Assembly: GCF_014211975.1 (NCBI RefSeq) | Contig: NZ_CP060084.1 | Span: forward strand, 178,314 to 210,313 | Length of the DNA stretch: 32,000 nucleotides | Direction: 5' to 3' | From: Teredinibacter haidensis | GTDB lineage: Bacteria > Pseudomonadota > Gammaproteobacteria > Pseudomonadales > Cellvibrionaceae | Shown: piece after piece, positions 20,611-31,248 of the stretch | Numbering within the stretch: position 1 is the first letter of the stretch | Layout of the letters: each line of letters starts with the position of its first letter | Made by a program: the position numbers and the translations under genes | The notes under the pieces: model-generated | Database searches by the model: none | Seen by the model: the letters and a program-made list of their open reading frames with translations, nothing else | Told to the model about the DNA's origin: nothing

Positions 20611-23600
20611 TTGAAAGATTTATTAAATTTATTGAAAAATCAGGGGCAAAACGACGAGTTTGACGGTATTCGTATCGGTCTCGCATCGCCTGAGATGATC
20701 CGTTCCTGGTCGTTTGGTGAAGTGAAAAAACCAGAGACCATTAACTATCGAACCTTCAAGCCTGAGCGTGAAGGTTTATTCTGTGCCAAAGTATTTGGCC
20801 CGGTTAAAGACTACGAATGTTTGTGCGGTAAGTACAAGCGTATGAAGCATCGCGGCATTATTTGTGAAAAGTGCGGCGTTGAAGTCACGTTGGCAAAAGT
20901 TCGTCGTGAGCGTATGGCTCATATCGAGCTGGCCTGTCCTACGGCGCACATCTGGTTTTTGAAATCCCTGCCAAGCCGTATCGGTTTGTTGCTGGATATG
21001 ACCTTGCGCAGCATCGAGCGAGTGCTTTATTTTGAATCTTTCGTGGTTACCGATCCCGGTATGACCACGCTTGAGCGCGGCCAGCTACTGACTGACGAGC
21101 AGTACTTTGAAGCCATGGAAGAGTTTGGTGACGAATTCGATGCCAAAATGGGTGCAGAGGCTATCCAGCAATTGGTGAAGGATATCGATCTGGAGCGTGA
21201 TGCTCAGGGAATCCGCGAAGAAATTCCAAACACGAACTCTGAAACCAAGATCAAAAAGCTGTCCAAGCGACTGAAGCTTCTCGAAGCCTTTATTCAGTCT
21301 GGTAACAAGCCGGAGTGGATGATTCTGGAAGCTCTGCCGGTTCTACCGCCCGATCTGCGTCCATTGGTGCCGCTAGACGGTGGTCGTTTCGCAACTTCCG
21401 ACCTTAACGATCTTTATCGCCGTGTTATTAACCGCAATAATCGTTTGAAGCGTCTGCTTGATCTTAACGCTCCGGACATTATTGTTCGCAACGAAAAGCG
21501 TATGCTGCAGGAAGCTGTGGACGCATTGCTGGATAACGGCCGTCGCGGTCGCGCCATCACTGGTTCCAATAAGCGCCCACTGAAATCTTTGGCCGATATG
21601 ATCAAAGGTAAGCAGGGTCGTTTCCGTCAGAACTTACTGGGTAAGCGTGTGGACTATTCCGGTCGTTCCGTAATTGTGACCGGTCCGACTTTGCGCCTGC
21701 ATCAGTGTGGTCTGCCTAAGAAAATGGCGTTGGAGCTTTTCAAACCGTTTATTTTTAGCAAGCTTGAGCTGCGCGGCCTCGCTACCACGATTAAAGCAGC
21801 CAAGAAAATGGTTGAGCGTGAAGAGCCGGTTGTATGGGATATCCTTGACGAAGTGATTCGCGAGCACCCTGTATTACTTAACCGAGCACCAACACTTCAC
21901 CGTTTGGGTATTCAAGCGTTTGAGCCGGTACTGATTGAAGGTAAAGCAATTCAATTGCACCCATTGGTGTGTGCGGCTTATAACGCCGACTTCGATGGTG
22001 ATCAGATGGCTGTTCACGTGCCGCTGACAATTGAAGCTCAGCTAGAATCACGTGCGCTGATGATGTCCACCAATAACATCCTGTCACCAGCTTCTGGTGA
22101 ACCAATTATCGTCCCGTCGCAGGACGTTGTATTGGGTCTGTACTGGATGACCCGCGAGCGTATTAACGATCTCGGCGAAGGAATGGTGTTCTCCGACAGC
22201 AAAGAAGTCTCTCGCGCTTTCTATGCGAAAAAAATTGGCCTGCAGGCACGAATTAGAGTGCGAGTTCGCCAGGTAAAATTACGCGAAGATGGCGAGAAAG
22301 AAGAGAAAACTGAGCTGCTGGAGACGACTGTTGGTCGTGTTCTGTTGTGGGAGATTGTGCCCGACGGTATTCCTTTTGACATGGTTAACAAGCCAATGGT
22401 TAAAAAGGCCATCTCTGGCGTCATTAACTTTTGTTACCGCATCGTTGGTCTGAAAGCGACGGTTATTTTTGCCGACCAGCTCATGTACATGGGGTACGAC
22501 TTTAGTACCAAGTCGGGTTCTTCTATCGGTGTAAACGATTTTGAAATTCCCGCTGCGAAAGCCGGTATTGTTGACAGCGCCGATGATGAAGTGAAAGAAA
22601 TTGAAAGACAGTTCGCGTCCGGCCTGGTAACCCAGGGTGAGAAGTACAACAAGGTGATCGATATTTGGTCTCGCGCCAACGACCTAGTTGCTAAGTCAAT
22701 GATGGAAGGTATTTCCAAAGAGGCCGTGATTAACCGTGACGGCGTAGAAGAAATGCAGGATTCCTACAACTCTGTCTTTATGTATGCCGATTCCGGCGCT
22801 CGTGGTTCGCCCGCACAGATTCGTCAGCTGGCTGGAATGCGTGGCCTGATGGCTCGCCCGGACGGCTCCATTATTGAAACGCCGATTGTTGCGAACTTCC
22901 GTGAAGGTTTGAACGTACTTCAGTACTTCATCTCTACACACGGCGCTCGTAAAGGTTTGGCGGATACCGCACTGAAAACAGCAAACTCTGGTTATCTAAC
23001 CCGTCGACTCGTGGATGTGGCTCAGGACGTTGTTATTACGTCCAGCGACTGCGGTACCGATGAGGGATTGGTGATGACCCCGGTTATCGAGGGTGGTGAC
23101 ATCATCGAAACCTTGGGTGATCGTATTCTGGGTCGCGTCGTCGCACAGGACGTTGTACGCCCAGGTAGCGATGAGATTTTGATCCCAGCAGGTACCATGA
23201 TCGACGAAAAGTGGGTTGTACGTGTTGGCGATATGAGTATTGATGAGGTCATTGTTCGCTCGTCGATTACCTGTGAATCTCGTTTTGGTATTTGTGCCCA
23301 ATGTTATGGTCGCGATCTGGCGCGGGGGCATCGTGCTAACATCGGCGAAGCCGCCGGCGTTATTGCTGCCCAGTCTATTGGTGAGCCGGGTACCCAGTTA
23401 ACGATGCGTACTTTCCATATTGGTGGTGCGGCAAGCCGGGCGTCTGCAGCCGATAGTATCCAGGTGAAGCAAGAAGGTACCGTTCGTCTGCATAATATTA
23501 AGGTTGTAACCCGCGAAACCGGAGACCTAGTAGCGGTGTCCCGATCTGGCGAACTGGCGGTTGCCGATGCCGCCGGTCGTGAACGTGAGCGTTACAAGGT

Positions 23601-24831
23601 TCCATACGGGGCTGTTATCTCGGTTAAAGATGGCGAGCAGATCGAGGGCGGTGCTGTGATCGCTAAGTGGGATCCGCATACGCACCCAATCATTACCGAG
23701 GTAGCCGGTAAGGTCGCTATGACCGGTATGGAAGATGGTCTTTCCATTCGCAAGCAAACAGATGATCTTACGGGTTTGTCCAGTATTGAAATTCTGGATC
23801 CTACCGAGCGTCCTGCAGCGGGTAAAGATCTGAAGCCAGCGGTAACCCTTGTAGATGGAAACGGAAACGAGCTGACTTTGGCGAACTCTAATCAGCCGGC
23901 GCACTACATGTTGCCTGGTAAAGCTATTTTGAGTTTAAGCGATGGCGACCAGATCGGTGTGGGTACCGTAATAGCACGTATCCCTCAAGAGGGATCAAAA
24001 ACTCGTGATATTACCGGTGGTCTACCTCGTGTTGCCGACCTGTTTGAAGCGCGTAAGCCGAAAGAGCCTTCAATTCTGGCTGAGATTTCCGGTGCGGTTT
24101 CCTTCGGTAAAGAAACCAAAGGTAAGCGTCGCCTGGTGATTACTCCGGCTAACGGCCAGCTGCTTCCGGATGGCTCGACTCACTACGAAGTACTGATCCC
24201 TAAACATCGTCAATTGACCGTGTTCGAGGGTGAAACGGTCGCTAAGGGTGAAGTTGTGTCTGATGGGCCAAGCAACCCGCACGATATTCTGCGTTTGCAG
24301 GGTGTGGAAGCCTTGGCCCGCTACATCGTCAACGAGATTCAGGAAGTTTACCGGCTGCAAGGCGTGAAGATTAACGATAAGCATATCGAAACTATCGTTC
24401 GTCAAATGCTGCGCAAGGCAGAAATTACTTTCATGGGTGATTCCGACTTCGTTAAGGGTGAACAGGTTGAGTATCATCATGTATTGGAGAGTAATGAGAA
24501 GTTACGCGCCGATGGTCGCCAGCCTGCGAAATTTGAGCGCCAGCTGCTGGGTATTACAAAAGCGTCGTTGGCAACTGAATCATTTATATCTGCCGCATCC
24601 TTCCAGGAAACAACCCGTGTTTTGACCGAGGCTGCCGTTACGGGCAAGCTCGATAGATTACGTGGTCTGAAAGAGAACGTGGTTGTTGGTCGACTGATCC
24701 CAGCGGGTACCGGTCTGACTTATCACAATGAGCGCCGTCGCAAGCGTGAAGAAAAGTCTTTACCATCGGATGGCGTAAGTGCAGCAGAAGTAGAAGCAGC
24801 ATTAACCGAAGCCCTTAAGTCCGGTTCATAG
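20611..24831 (+). CDS. rpoC: DNA-directed RNA polymerase beta' subunit, TTG start
   Basis: 1406 aa; zinc motif [22 protein letters not shown]; catalytic NADFDGD within [20 protein letters not shown]. Confidence 0.99.
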   Translation: MKDLLNLLKNQGQNDEFDGIRIGLASPEMIRSWSFGEVKKPETINYRTFKPEREGLFCAKVFGPVKDYECLCGKYKRMKHRGIICEKCGVEVTLAKVRRERMAHIELACPTAHIWFLKSLPSRIGLLLDMTLRSIERVLYFESFVVTDPGMTTLERGQLLTDEQYFEAMEEFGDEFDAKMGAEAIQQLVKDIDLERDAQGIREEIPNTNSETKIKKLSKRLKLLEAFIQSGNKPEWMILEALPVLPPDLRPLVPLDGGRFATSDLNDLYRRVINRNNRLKRLLDLNAPDIIVRNEKRMLQEAVDALLDNGRRGRAITGSNKRPLKSLADMIKGKQGRFRQNLLGKRVDYSGRSVIVTGPTLRLHQCGLPKKMALELFKPFIFSKLELRGLATTIKAAKKMVEREEPVVWDILDEVIREHPVLLNRAPTLHRLGIQAFEPVLIEGKAIQLHPLVCAAYNADFDGDQMAVHVPLTIEAQLESRALMMSTNNILSPASGEPIIVPSQDVVLGLYWMTRERINDLGEGMVFSDSKEVSRAFYAKKIGLQARIRVRVRQVKLREDGEKEEKTELLETTVGRVLLWEIVPDGIPFDMVNKPMVKKAISGVINFCYRIVGLKATVIFADQLMYMGYDFSTKSGSSIGVNDFEIPAAKAGIVDSADDEVKEIERQFASGLVTQGEKYNKVIDIWSRANDLVAKSMMEGISKEAVINRDGVEEMQDSYNSVFMYADSGARGSPAQIRQLAGMRGLMARPDGSIIETPIVANFREGLNVLQYFISTHGARKGLADTALKTANSGYLTRRLVDVAQDVVITSSDCGTDEGLVMTPVIEGGDIIETLGDRILGRVVAQDVVRPGSDEILIPAGTMIDEKWVVRVGDMSIDEVIVRSSITCESRFGICAQCYGRDLARGHRANIGEAAGVIAAQSIGEPGTQLTMRTFHIGGAASRASAADSIQVKQEGTVRLHNIKVVTRETGDLVAVSRSGELAVADAAGRERERYKVPYGAVISVKDGEQIEGGAVIAKWDPHTHPIITEVAGKVAMTGMEDGLSIRKQTDDLTGLSSIEILDPTERPAAGKDLKPAVTLVDGNGNELTLANSNQPAHYMLPGKAILSLSDGDQIGVGTVIARIPQEGSKTRDITGGLPRVADLFEARKPKEPSILAEISGAVSFGKETKGKRRLVITPANGQLLPDGSTHYEVLIPKHRQLTVFEGETVAKGEVVSDGPSNPHDILRLQGVEALARYIVNEIQEVYRLQGVKINDKHIETIVRQMLRKAEITFMGDSDFVKGEQVEYHHVLESNEKLRADGRQPAKFERQLLGITKASLATESFISAASFQETTRVLTEAAVTGKLDRLRGLKENVVVGRLIPAGTGLTYHNERRRKREEKSLPSDGVSAAEVEAALTEALKSGS

Positions 24832-24876
24832 TCTGTATATAAACCTTCTTTATTGAGGTTCTAAGATGTTGACGAT

Positions 24877-24941
24877 AGCGGGTGGTGTCATTACAATGCG
24901 CCACCCGCTGTTATTGGCGGGGGGCACTTGTTGCCCTTTTT
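24877..24941 (+). terminator. Hairpin plus short terminator after rpoC
   Basis: AGCGGGTGG...CCACCCGCT (24877-24909, 9-bp perfect stem, no T tract) then GGGCA-CTTGT-TGCCC-TTTTT (24922-24941). Confidence 0.55.
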
Positions 24942-25011
24942 AAGTGAAATAGTTTCTGTGTATCCGTTTTAAGCGGGCAGAAATAAAATTTATTTTTTGG
25001 AGTTAAGTTTC

Positions 25012-25383
25012 ATGGCAACGATCAACCAGTTGGTTCGTAAGCCGAGAAAACGCAAAGTTCAGGCTAGTGACGTTCGTGCTTTGGAAGCATGTCCTCAGCG
25101 CCGTGGTGTTTGTACTCGTGTTTACACTACAACACCTAAAAAGCCAAACTCAGCACTGCGTAAAGTATGTCGTGTGCGTTTGACTAACGGTTTCGAGGTG
25201 TCTTCCTACATCGGTGGTGAAGGTCACAATCTACAGGAACACAGCGTTGTATTGATCCGTGGCGGTCGAGTTAAAGACTTGCCTGGTGTTCGATACCACA
25301 CTGTTCGTGGTTCTTTGGATACGTCTGGCGTTAACGACCGTAAACAGGGTCGTTCTAAGTACGGTACTAAGCGTCCTAAGTAA
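25012..25383 (+). CDS. rpsL: Ribosomal protein S12
   Basis: [51 protein letters not shown]; start at 25012 rather than ORF track 24997. Confidence 0.98.
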   Translation: MATINQLVRKPRKRKVQASDVRALEACPQRRGVCTRVYTTTPKKPNSALRKVCRVRLTNGFEVSSYIGGEGHNLQEHSVVLIRGGRVKDLPGVRYHTVRGSLDTSGVNDRKQGRSKYGTKRPK

Positions 25384-25508
25384 TTGACGCAGGTGCGCGT
25401 AAGCGTTTTACGGTAGAACCAGTAAGGCCGGGCGGCTTTCTCTAAACAAAGAGTTTACTCAGCGTCCCGGATAAGCCTGAATTTTTGAGTAATCGGTGAG
25501 TTACAAAC

Positions 25509-25979
25509 ATGCCTAGAAGAAGAGTTGTCGCCAAGCGCGAAATATTACCAGATCCCAAATTTGGTAACGTGACATTGGCAAAATTTATGAACCACGTGAT
25601 GATCAGTGGAAAAAAATCCGTAGCTGAGCGTATTGTGTATGGCGCTCTGGAACAGGTTCAGGAAAAACTGAACAAAGATCCTCTGGAAGTCTTCGGTGAA
25701 GCTCTGGAAAACATCGCACCGCTGGTGGAAGTTAAGTCCCGCCGCGTGGGTGGAGCTACCTATCAGGTGCCTGTAGAAGTTCGTCCTTCTCGTCGTGAAG
25801 CACTGGCAATGCGTTGGTTGGTGGAATATTCCCGTTCTCGCGGTGAAAAATCCATGCCTCAGCGTTTGGCTGGTGAATTAATCGATGCTTCCCAAAGTAA
25901 GGGTGGCGCGGTTAAAAAGCGTGAAGACGTTCACCGCATGGCAGAAGCGAACAAGGCCTTCTCGCACTTCCGCTTCTAA
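25509..25979 (+). CDS. rpsG: Ribosomal protein S7
   Basis: 156 aa; [47 protein letters not shown]. Confidence 0.98.
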   Translation: MPRRRVVAKREILPDPKFGNVTLAKFMNHVMISGKKSVAERIVYGALEQVQEKLNKDPLEVFGEALENIAPLVEVKSRRVGGATYQVPVEVRPSRREALAMRWLVEYSRSRGEKSMPQRLAGELIDASQSKGGAVKKREDVHRMAEANKAFSHFRF

Positions 25980-26031
25980 AACCTCTACTGCGTTTCGCAA
26001 ACTTTTTAGTGTTTTTTAAGATTTGCAGCAG

Positions 26032-26054
26032 AAGGCAGCCCTCAGCTGCCTTTT
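26032..26054 (+). terminator. Terminator-like hairpin between rpsG and fusA
   Basis: AAGGCAGC-CCTCA-GCTGCCTTTT, 8-bp perfect stem. Confidence 0.5.
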
Positions 26055-26137
26055 AGCGCTTTCATAAAGCATAAAAAGAGCAGTTAAAGTTAAATTGCGA
26101 AAGTAGAAGTCGATAATGGTAACTGGAGAACACAATC

Positions 26138-28237
26138 GTGGCACGTAAGACCCCAATCGCACGCTATCGAAATATCGGTATCTGCGCGCATGTTGACGCG
26201 GGTAAAACCACCACGACCGAGCGTGTTCTTTTTTATACCGGTTTGTCGCATAAAATTGGTGAGGTCCATGATGGTGCTGCCACCATGGACTGGATGGAGC
26301 AAGAGCAGGAGCGTGGTATTACCATCACTTCTGCCGCTACCACCTGTTTTTGGGCGGGAATGCAGAAGCAGTTCGATCAGCATCGGATTAATATTATCGA
26401 TACTCCTGGGCACGTTGACTTCACTATTGAGGTGGAACGCTCCCTTCGCGTACTTGACGGCGCTGTCGTTGTTTTATGCGGTTCCTCGGGCGTGCAGCCG
26501 CAAACGGAAACCGTATGGCGTCAGGCCAATAAGTACGAAGTTCCACGCATGGTGTTCGTGAATAAAATGGACCGTGCTGGAGCCAGCTTTGAAATGGTTG
26601 TGAAGCAGCTCAAAGAGCGGCTCGGTGCTGTTGCAGTACCACTGCAAATGACAATCGGCGCAGAAGAAGATTTTAAGGGTGTTGTTGACCTAGTGAAGAT
26701 GAAAGCGATCCTGTGGAATGAAGATGACATGGGCATGACCTTTACCTACGACGACATCCCCGAAAATATACGGGATCAGTGCGAGGAAATGCGAGAGCAT
26801 TTAGTGGAAGCGGCAGCTGAAGCAAACGATGAGCTAACAGAAAAATATCTCGAAGACGGTCAGCTCTCGGAAGATGAGATAAAGGCGGGCATTCGCGCTC
26901 GGACCCTGGCCAATGAAATTGTGCCGGTATTGGGTGGCTCGGCCTTTAAGAATAAAGGCGTACAGGCTGTGTTGGATGCGGTTGTTGAATATTTACCCGC
27001 GCCGACGGAAGTAAAAGCGATTCAAGGCACCTTGTTAGATGGTGAGACGGTCGCGACACGTGAAGCCAATGACGACGAGCCGTTTGCAGCTTTGGCTTTC
27101 AAAATTGCAACAGACCCTTTTGTGGGTACGCTGACATTTTTCCGTGTGTATTCTGGAAAGCTTGAAAGTGGTACAGCCGTTTATAATTCGGTTAAACAAA
27201 AAAAAGAGCGTGTTGGTCGTATGGTGCAGATGCACTCCAACAGTCGCGAAGAAATTAAAGAAGTGTTGGCTGGTGATATCGCCGCCGCCATTGGTCTTAA
27301 AGATGTGACCACAGGCGATACCCTTTGCTCTGAGCAGGGTAAAATCGTGTTGGAGCGTATGGAGTTTCCGGAGCCAGTTATATCTGTTGCAGTTGAGCCC
27401 CGCTCTCAAGCTGATCAGGAGAAAATGGGCGTCGCTCTCGGTAAGTTGGCTCAGGAAGACCCCTCTTTTCGCGTAAAAACAGACGAAGAAACGGGGCAAA
27501 CGATTATTTCCGGTATGGGTGAGTTGCACCTGGATATTCTCGTTGAGCGTATGCGCCGAGAATTTAGCGTGGAGGCCAATATTGGTAAGCCGCAGGTCGC
27601 TTATCGAGAGCGCATCACACGCAGTAGTGAAATTGAAGGAAAGTTTGTACGACAGTCTGGTGGTCGCGGTCAGTTTGGTCATGTGTGGCTTAAATTTGAA
27701 CCAGCAGATGATACAAACGCGGAAGGTCTTGAATTCGTCAACGAAATTGTTGGTGGTGCTGTTCCAAAAGAATACATCCCGGCAGTGGAGAAGGGTATAT
27801 CCGAGCAAATGCAGAATGGCGTTGTCGCGGGTTACCCGTTATTGGGGCTGAAGGCGACGCTTTATGATGGGTCATATCACGATGTTGACTCGAGCGAAAT
27901 CGCCTTTAAAATTGCAGCCTCAATGGCGACTAAGAAATTGGCGCAGGAAGGCGGTGCTGTACTGCTTGAGCCAATGATGAAGGTAGAAGTCGTGACACCT
28001 GAAGAAAACATGGGAGACGTTGTGGGAGACCTCAATCGTCGTCGTGGTTTGATTCAGGGAATGGATGAAAACCCTTCAGGTAAAGTTGTAACCGCAGAGG
28101 TGCCTCTGGCTGAAATGTTTGGCTATGCCACTGATCTGCGGTCTGCAACACAAGGTCGTGCGACCTTCACCATGGAGTTTGAGCGTTACGCTGAAGCACC
28201 TAATAAAATTGCGGAAGAAATCATCGCTAAAAATTAA
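26138..28237 (+). CDS. fusA: Elongation factor G, GTG start
   Basis: 699 aa; [54 protein letters not shown]. Confidence 0.98.
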   Translation: MARKTPIARYRNIGICAHVDAGKTTTTERVLFYTGLSHKIGEVHDGAATMDWMEQEQERGITITSAATTCFWAGMQKQFDQHRINIIDTPGHVDFTIEVERSLRVLDGAVVVLCGSSGVQPQTETVWRQANKYEVPRMVFVNKMDRAGASFEMVVKQLKERLGAVAVPLQMTIGAEEDFKGVVDLVKMKAILWNEDDMGMTFTYDDIPENIRDQCEEMREHLVEAAAEANDELTEKYLEDGQLSEDEIKAGIRARTLANEIVPVLGGSAFKNKGVQAVLDAVVEYLPAPTEVKAIQGTLLDGETVATREANDDEPFAALAFKIATDPFVGTLTFFRVYSGKLESGTAVYNSVKQKKERVGRMVQMHSNSREEIKEVLAGDIAAAIGLKDVTTGDTLCSEQGKIVLERMEFPEPVISVAVEPRSQADQEKMGVALGKLAQEDPSFRVKTDEETGQTIISGMGELHLDILVERMRREFSVEANIGKPQVAYRERITRSSEIEGKFVRQSGGRGQFGHVWLKFEPADDTNAEGLEFVNEIVGGAVPKEYIPAVEKGISEQMQNGVVAGYPLLGLKATLYDGSYHDVDSSEIAFKIAASMATKKLAQEGGAVLLEPMMKVEVVTPEENMGDVVGDLNRRRGLIQGMDENPSGKVVTAEVPLAEMFGYATDLRSATQGRATFTMEFERYAEAPNKIAEEIIAKN

Positions 28238-28295
28238 ATCGGTGAGACATTTCCTTTTTCTGTTTTCAAGTTCAAAAATTTAGAGGAATAGAACA

Positions 28296-29519
28296 GTGGC
28301 TAAAGAAAAATTTGAACGTAATAAACCCCACGTAAACGTTGGTACCATTGGTCACGTTGACCACGGCAAAACCACTCTGACTGCAGCCCTAACCCGTGTA
28401 TGTGCGGAAGTGTGGGGCGGTACTGCCGTTGCTTTCGATGGTATCGATAATGCGCCAGAAGAGCGTGAGCGTGGTATTACTATTGCAACTTCTCACGTAG
28501 AGTACGATTCACCTTCTCGTCACTACGCACACGTTGACTGTCCTGGACACGCCGACTACGTGAAAAACATGATTACGGGTGCTGCTCAGATGGATGGCGC
28601 TGTTTTGGTTTGTGGTGCTACCGATGGCCCTATGCCCCAGACTCGTGAGCACATCTTGCTGTCTCGTCAGGTTGGTGTACCTTACATCATCGTTTACCTG
28701 AATAAAGCTGACCTGCTCGCGGAAGATTGTGGTGGCGTTGGTTCCGACGAATACAACGAAATGTTGGAACTGGTTGAAATGGAGCTGCGTGAGCTGCTCG
28801 ACACTTACGAATTCCCAGGCGACGATACCCCAATCATCGCAGGTTCAGCGCTGATGGCTCTGAATGGTCAAGATGACAACGAATTGGGTACAACTTCTGT
28901 TAAGAAGCTGGTTGAAGCCCTGGATGCATACATTCCCGAGCCAGAGCGTGCTATCGACCTGCCGTTCCTGATGCCTATCGAAGATGTATTCTCTATATCT
29001 GGTCGTGGTACTGTTGTTACTGGCCGTGTAGAGCGTGGTATCGTTACCGTTGGTGAAGAAATCGAAATTATTGGTATCAAAGACACAACCAAAACGACCT
29101 GTACCGGTGTTGAAATGTTCCGCAAGCTGCTGGACGAAGGCCGTGCTGGTGAGAACGTTGGTGTTCTGTTGCGTGGTACTAAGCGTGATGAAGTTGAACG
29201 TGGTCAGGTACTGGCTAAGCCAGGTTCTATCACTCCACACACTAAGTTCGAAGCAGAAGTTTATGTTCTGTCCAAGGACGAAGGTGGTCGTCACACTCCA
29301 TTCTTCAAAGGCTACCGCCCACAGTTCTACTTCCGTACGACTGACGTAACCGGTGCTTGCGAAATGCCAGAAGGCGTTGAAATGGTAATGCCTGGCGATA
29401 ATATTCAGATGGTTGTTACTCTGATTGCTCCTATCGCAATGGAAGACGGTTTACGCTTTGCAATTCGCGAAGGTGGCCGTACCGTTGGTGCTGGTGTTGT
29501 TGCCAAAATTATTGAGTAA
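28296..29519 (+). CDS. tuf: Elongation factor Tu, GTG start
   Basis: 407 aa; [59 protein letters not shown]-terminus [15 protein letters not shown]. Confidence 0.99.
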   Translation: MAKEKFERNKPHVNVGTIGHVDHGKTTLTAALTRVCAEVWGGTAVAFDGIDNAPEERERGITIATSHVEYDSPSRHYAHVDCPGHADYVKNMITGAAQMDGAVLVCGATDGPMPQTREHILLSRQVGVPYIIVYLNKADLLAEDCGGVGSDEYNEMLELVEMELRELLDTYEFPGDDTPIIAGSALMALNGQDDNELGTTSVKKLVEALDAYIPEPERAIDLPFLMPIEDVFSISGRGTVVTGRVERGIVTVGEEIEIIGIKDTTKTTCTGVEMFRKLLDEGRAGENVGVLLRGTKRDEVERGQVLAKPGSITPHTKFEAEVYVLSKDEGGRHTPFFKGYRPQFYFRTTDVTGACEMPEGVEMVMPGDNIQMVVTLIAPIAMEDGLRFAIREGGRTVGAGVVAKIIE

Positions 29520-29535
29520 CTAGCCGCTCATCTAG

Positions 29536-29562
29536 AAAAGGCCGCTTTATGCGGCCTTTTTT
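29536..29562 (+). terminator. Rho-independent terminator after tuf
   Basis: AAAAGGCCGC-TTTAT-GCGGCCTTTTTT. Confidence 0.92.
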
Positions 29563-29640
29563 GTGTCTGAAATACGTCAGTTTTCGATTTTTGGTGTTTT
29601 CTTCGGGGCAGGTCAAATACTTACCTTTGATGATGCGTAC

Positions 29641-29696
29641 TTGTATACAAATAAATTGATACACCTTGTCTCGAGCTTTTTTTTATCTGTTAGAAT
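29641..29696 (+). promoter_or_regulatory. Candidate operator and promoter of the TRAP operon
   Basis: Perfect palindrome TTGTATACAA (29641-29650); -35-like TTGTCT (29666-29671) and -10-like TAGAAT (29691-29696), 19-bp spacer, about 40 bp upstream of the start codon. Confidence 0.4.
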
Positions 29697-29734
29697 ACTA
29701 CGCAAATCAATTCACTCAACACTAAAACAATAAA

Positions 29735-30718
29735 ATGATGTATGTGCGTATAGTCTTTAGATTATTGATGGTTGCCTTTCTGTGTTCGCTTATCGCTGCT
29801 TGCGGAGATAAAACTGGAGTACGGGTAATCAAAATGGCCCATTCACTCGATACCGCTCATCCAGTGCATAAGGCTATGGTCTTTATGTCCGAGCGATTAG
29901 ATGAAATATCCAAGGGCAGTATGCGGTTAGATATTTATCCCGGCGGGCAACTGGGCTCCGAGCGTGAGAGCATAGAGCTGCTACAAATAGGGAGTCTCGC
30001 CATGACAAAAGTGTCTACGAGTCCTCTTGAAGGCTTTGTTCCTGAAATGAAAGTCTTCAGCATGCCCTACGTTTTTCGCGATCACGAACATTATTGGAGC
30101 ATGCTGAATAGCCCTTTGGGTAAACAGTTATTGATGTCTGGTGAAAAGGTACGTTTACGCGGTTTGGGTTATTTTGATTCGGGAAGTCGCAGCTACTACA
30201 CCGTCGACAAGCAGGTATTATCCCCGGCCGACCTTAAAAGTATGAAAATTCGGGTGATGAACAGTCAGACTTCTGTGCGAATGGTTAAGGCAATGGGGGG
30301 ATCTGGAACGCCCATTTCATGGGGAGAGCTGTATACCGCTTTGCAGCAAGGTGTAGTGGATGGTGCCGAAAATAACCCTCCCAGCTTCTATTCATCCAAG
30401 CACTTTGAAGTCGCCAAATATTACACCCTAAACGAACATACATCGGTCCCGGATATTGTGCTGATCAGCAGCTATGTATGGAACTCCCTAACTGAGCTGC
30501 AGCAGGTATGGTTGCAACAAGCTATGGATGAAGCCGTAATCTACCAGCGACAGCTATGGCTGGAGGCAACAGAGGACGCCTTAAGTGCAGTGCGTGAAGC
30601 GGGGGTTGAAGTGGTGTATCCCGATAAGCAACCGTTTATGGATGCCGTTATAGAAATGCACGAGTCTTATAAAGGCACTCAAGCTTACGACATTCTTAAA
30701 AAAATACAGGCGATGTAG
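29735..30718 (+). CDS. dctP: TRAP transporter substrate-binding protein (DctP family), predicted lipoprotein
   Basis: 327 aa; lipobox-like SLIAAC; LDIYPGGQLGSERESIELLQIGSLAMTKVS, LKSMKIRVMNSQTSVRMVKAMGGSGTPISWGELYTALQQGVVDGAENNP. Confidence 0.9.
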   Translation: MMYVRIVFRLLMVAFLCSLIAACGDKTGVRVIKMAHSLDTAHPVHKAMVFMSERLDEISKGSMRLDIYPGGQLGSERESIELLQIGSLAMTKVSTSPLEGFVPEMKVFSMPYVFRDHEHYWSMLNSPLGKQLLMSGEKVRLRGLGYFDSGSRSYYTVDKQVLSPADLKSMKIRVMNSQTSVRMVKAMGGSGTPISWGELYTALQQGVVDGAENNPPSFYSSKHFEVAKYYTLNEHTSVPDIVLISSYVWNSLTELQQVWLQQAMDEAVIYQRQLWLEATEDALSAVREAGVEVVYPDKQPFMDAVIEMHESYKGTQAYDILKKIQAM

Positions 30719-30726
30719 GGGACCAG

Positions 30727-31230
30727 ATGAAAAATTTCCTATCAAAAACCGAATTTGTACTGGGCCATTTTCTCGGCCTGTTAATGTTTTTAATCGTGCT
30801 CGACGTTACCTGGCAGGTGGTTACTCGCTTTATTTTAAGCGAGCCGAGTTCCTATACCGAAGAGGTCGCACGTTATTTGTTGGTATGGATCGGGTTGCTA
30901 GGCGCAGCTTACGCTTATCGTCGCCACGCACATTTGGGGCTAGATATCGTTACCCGCGCCTTGACGGGTGTAACAGCGCTGGTTGCCCAAAAGCTGGCGG
31001 ATAGTCTATGCCTGCTTTTCGCTTTATCCGTAATGGTAGTGGGTGGTTGGAATCTGGTGAGCCTAACGTTGGAACTCAATCAATTGTCTGCAGCGTTACA
31101 GATTCCTATAGGTTATGTCTATAGTGTGATTCCGCTTAGTGGGGTTTTAATCGTGTTATTTGCATTTGAACGGCTGATAACAGCGCCGGCCGAAATTGCC
31201 GAGCACGATTCGTTTACGGCGATAAAATAA
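30727..31230 (+). CDS. dctQ: TRAP transporter small permease subunit (DctQ family)
   Basis: 167 aa; four hydrophobic segments; SSYTEEVARYLLVWIGLLGAAYAYRRHAHLGLDIV. Confidence 0.92.
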   Translation: MKNFLSKTEFVLGHFLGLLMFLIVLDVTWQVVTRFILSEPSSYTEEVARYLLVWIGLLGAAYAYRRHAHLGLDIVTRALTGVTALVAQKLADSLCLLFALSVMVVGGWNLVSLTLELNQLSAALQIPIGYVYSVIPLSGVLIVLFAFERLITAPAEIAEHDSFTAIK

Positions 31231-31248
31231 TACATAAAGGTGCTTTAA

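Noticed and set aside
25012-25383. Possible streptomycin-resistance changes in rpsL
   Set aside because: The key lysines are retained in TTTPKKPNS and GGRVKDLPG.
27035-27808. 257-aa minus-strand ORF inside fusA
   Set aside because: Long, but completely antisense to EF-G domains and without family features; expected from codon bias on the opposite strand.
28845-29294. 149-aa minus-strand ORF inside tuf
   Set aside because: Antisense to EF-Tu domain 2/3; T/N-rich shadow translation.
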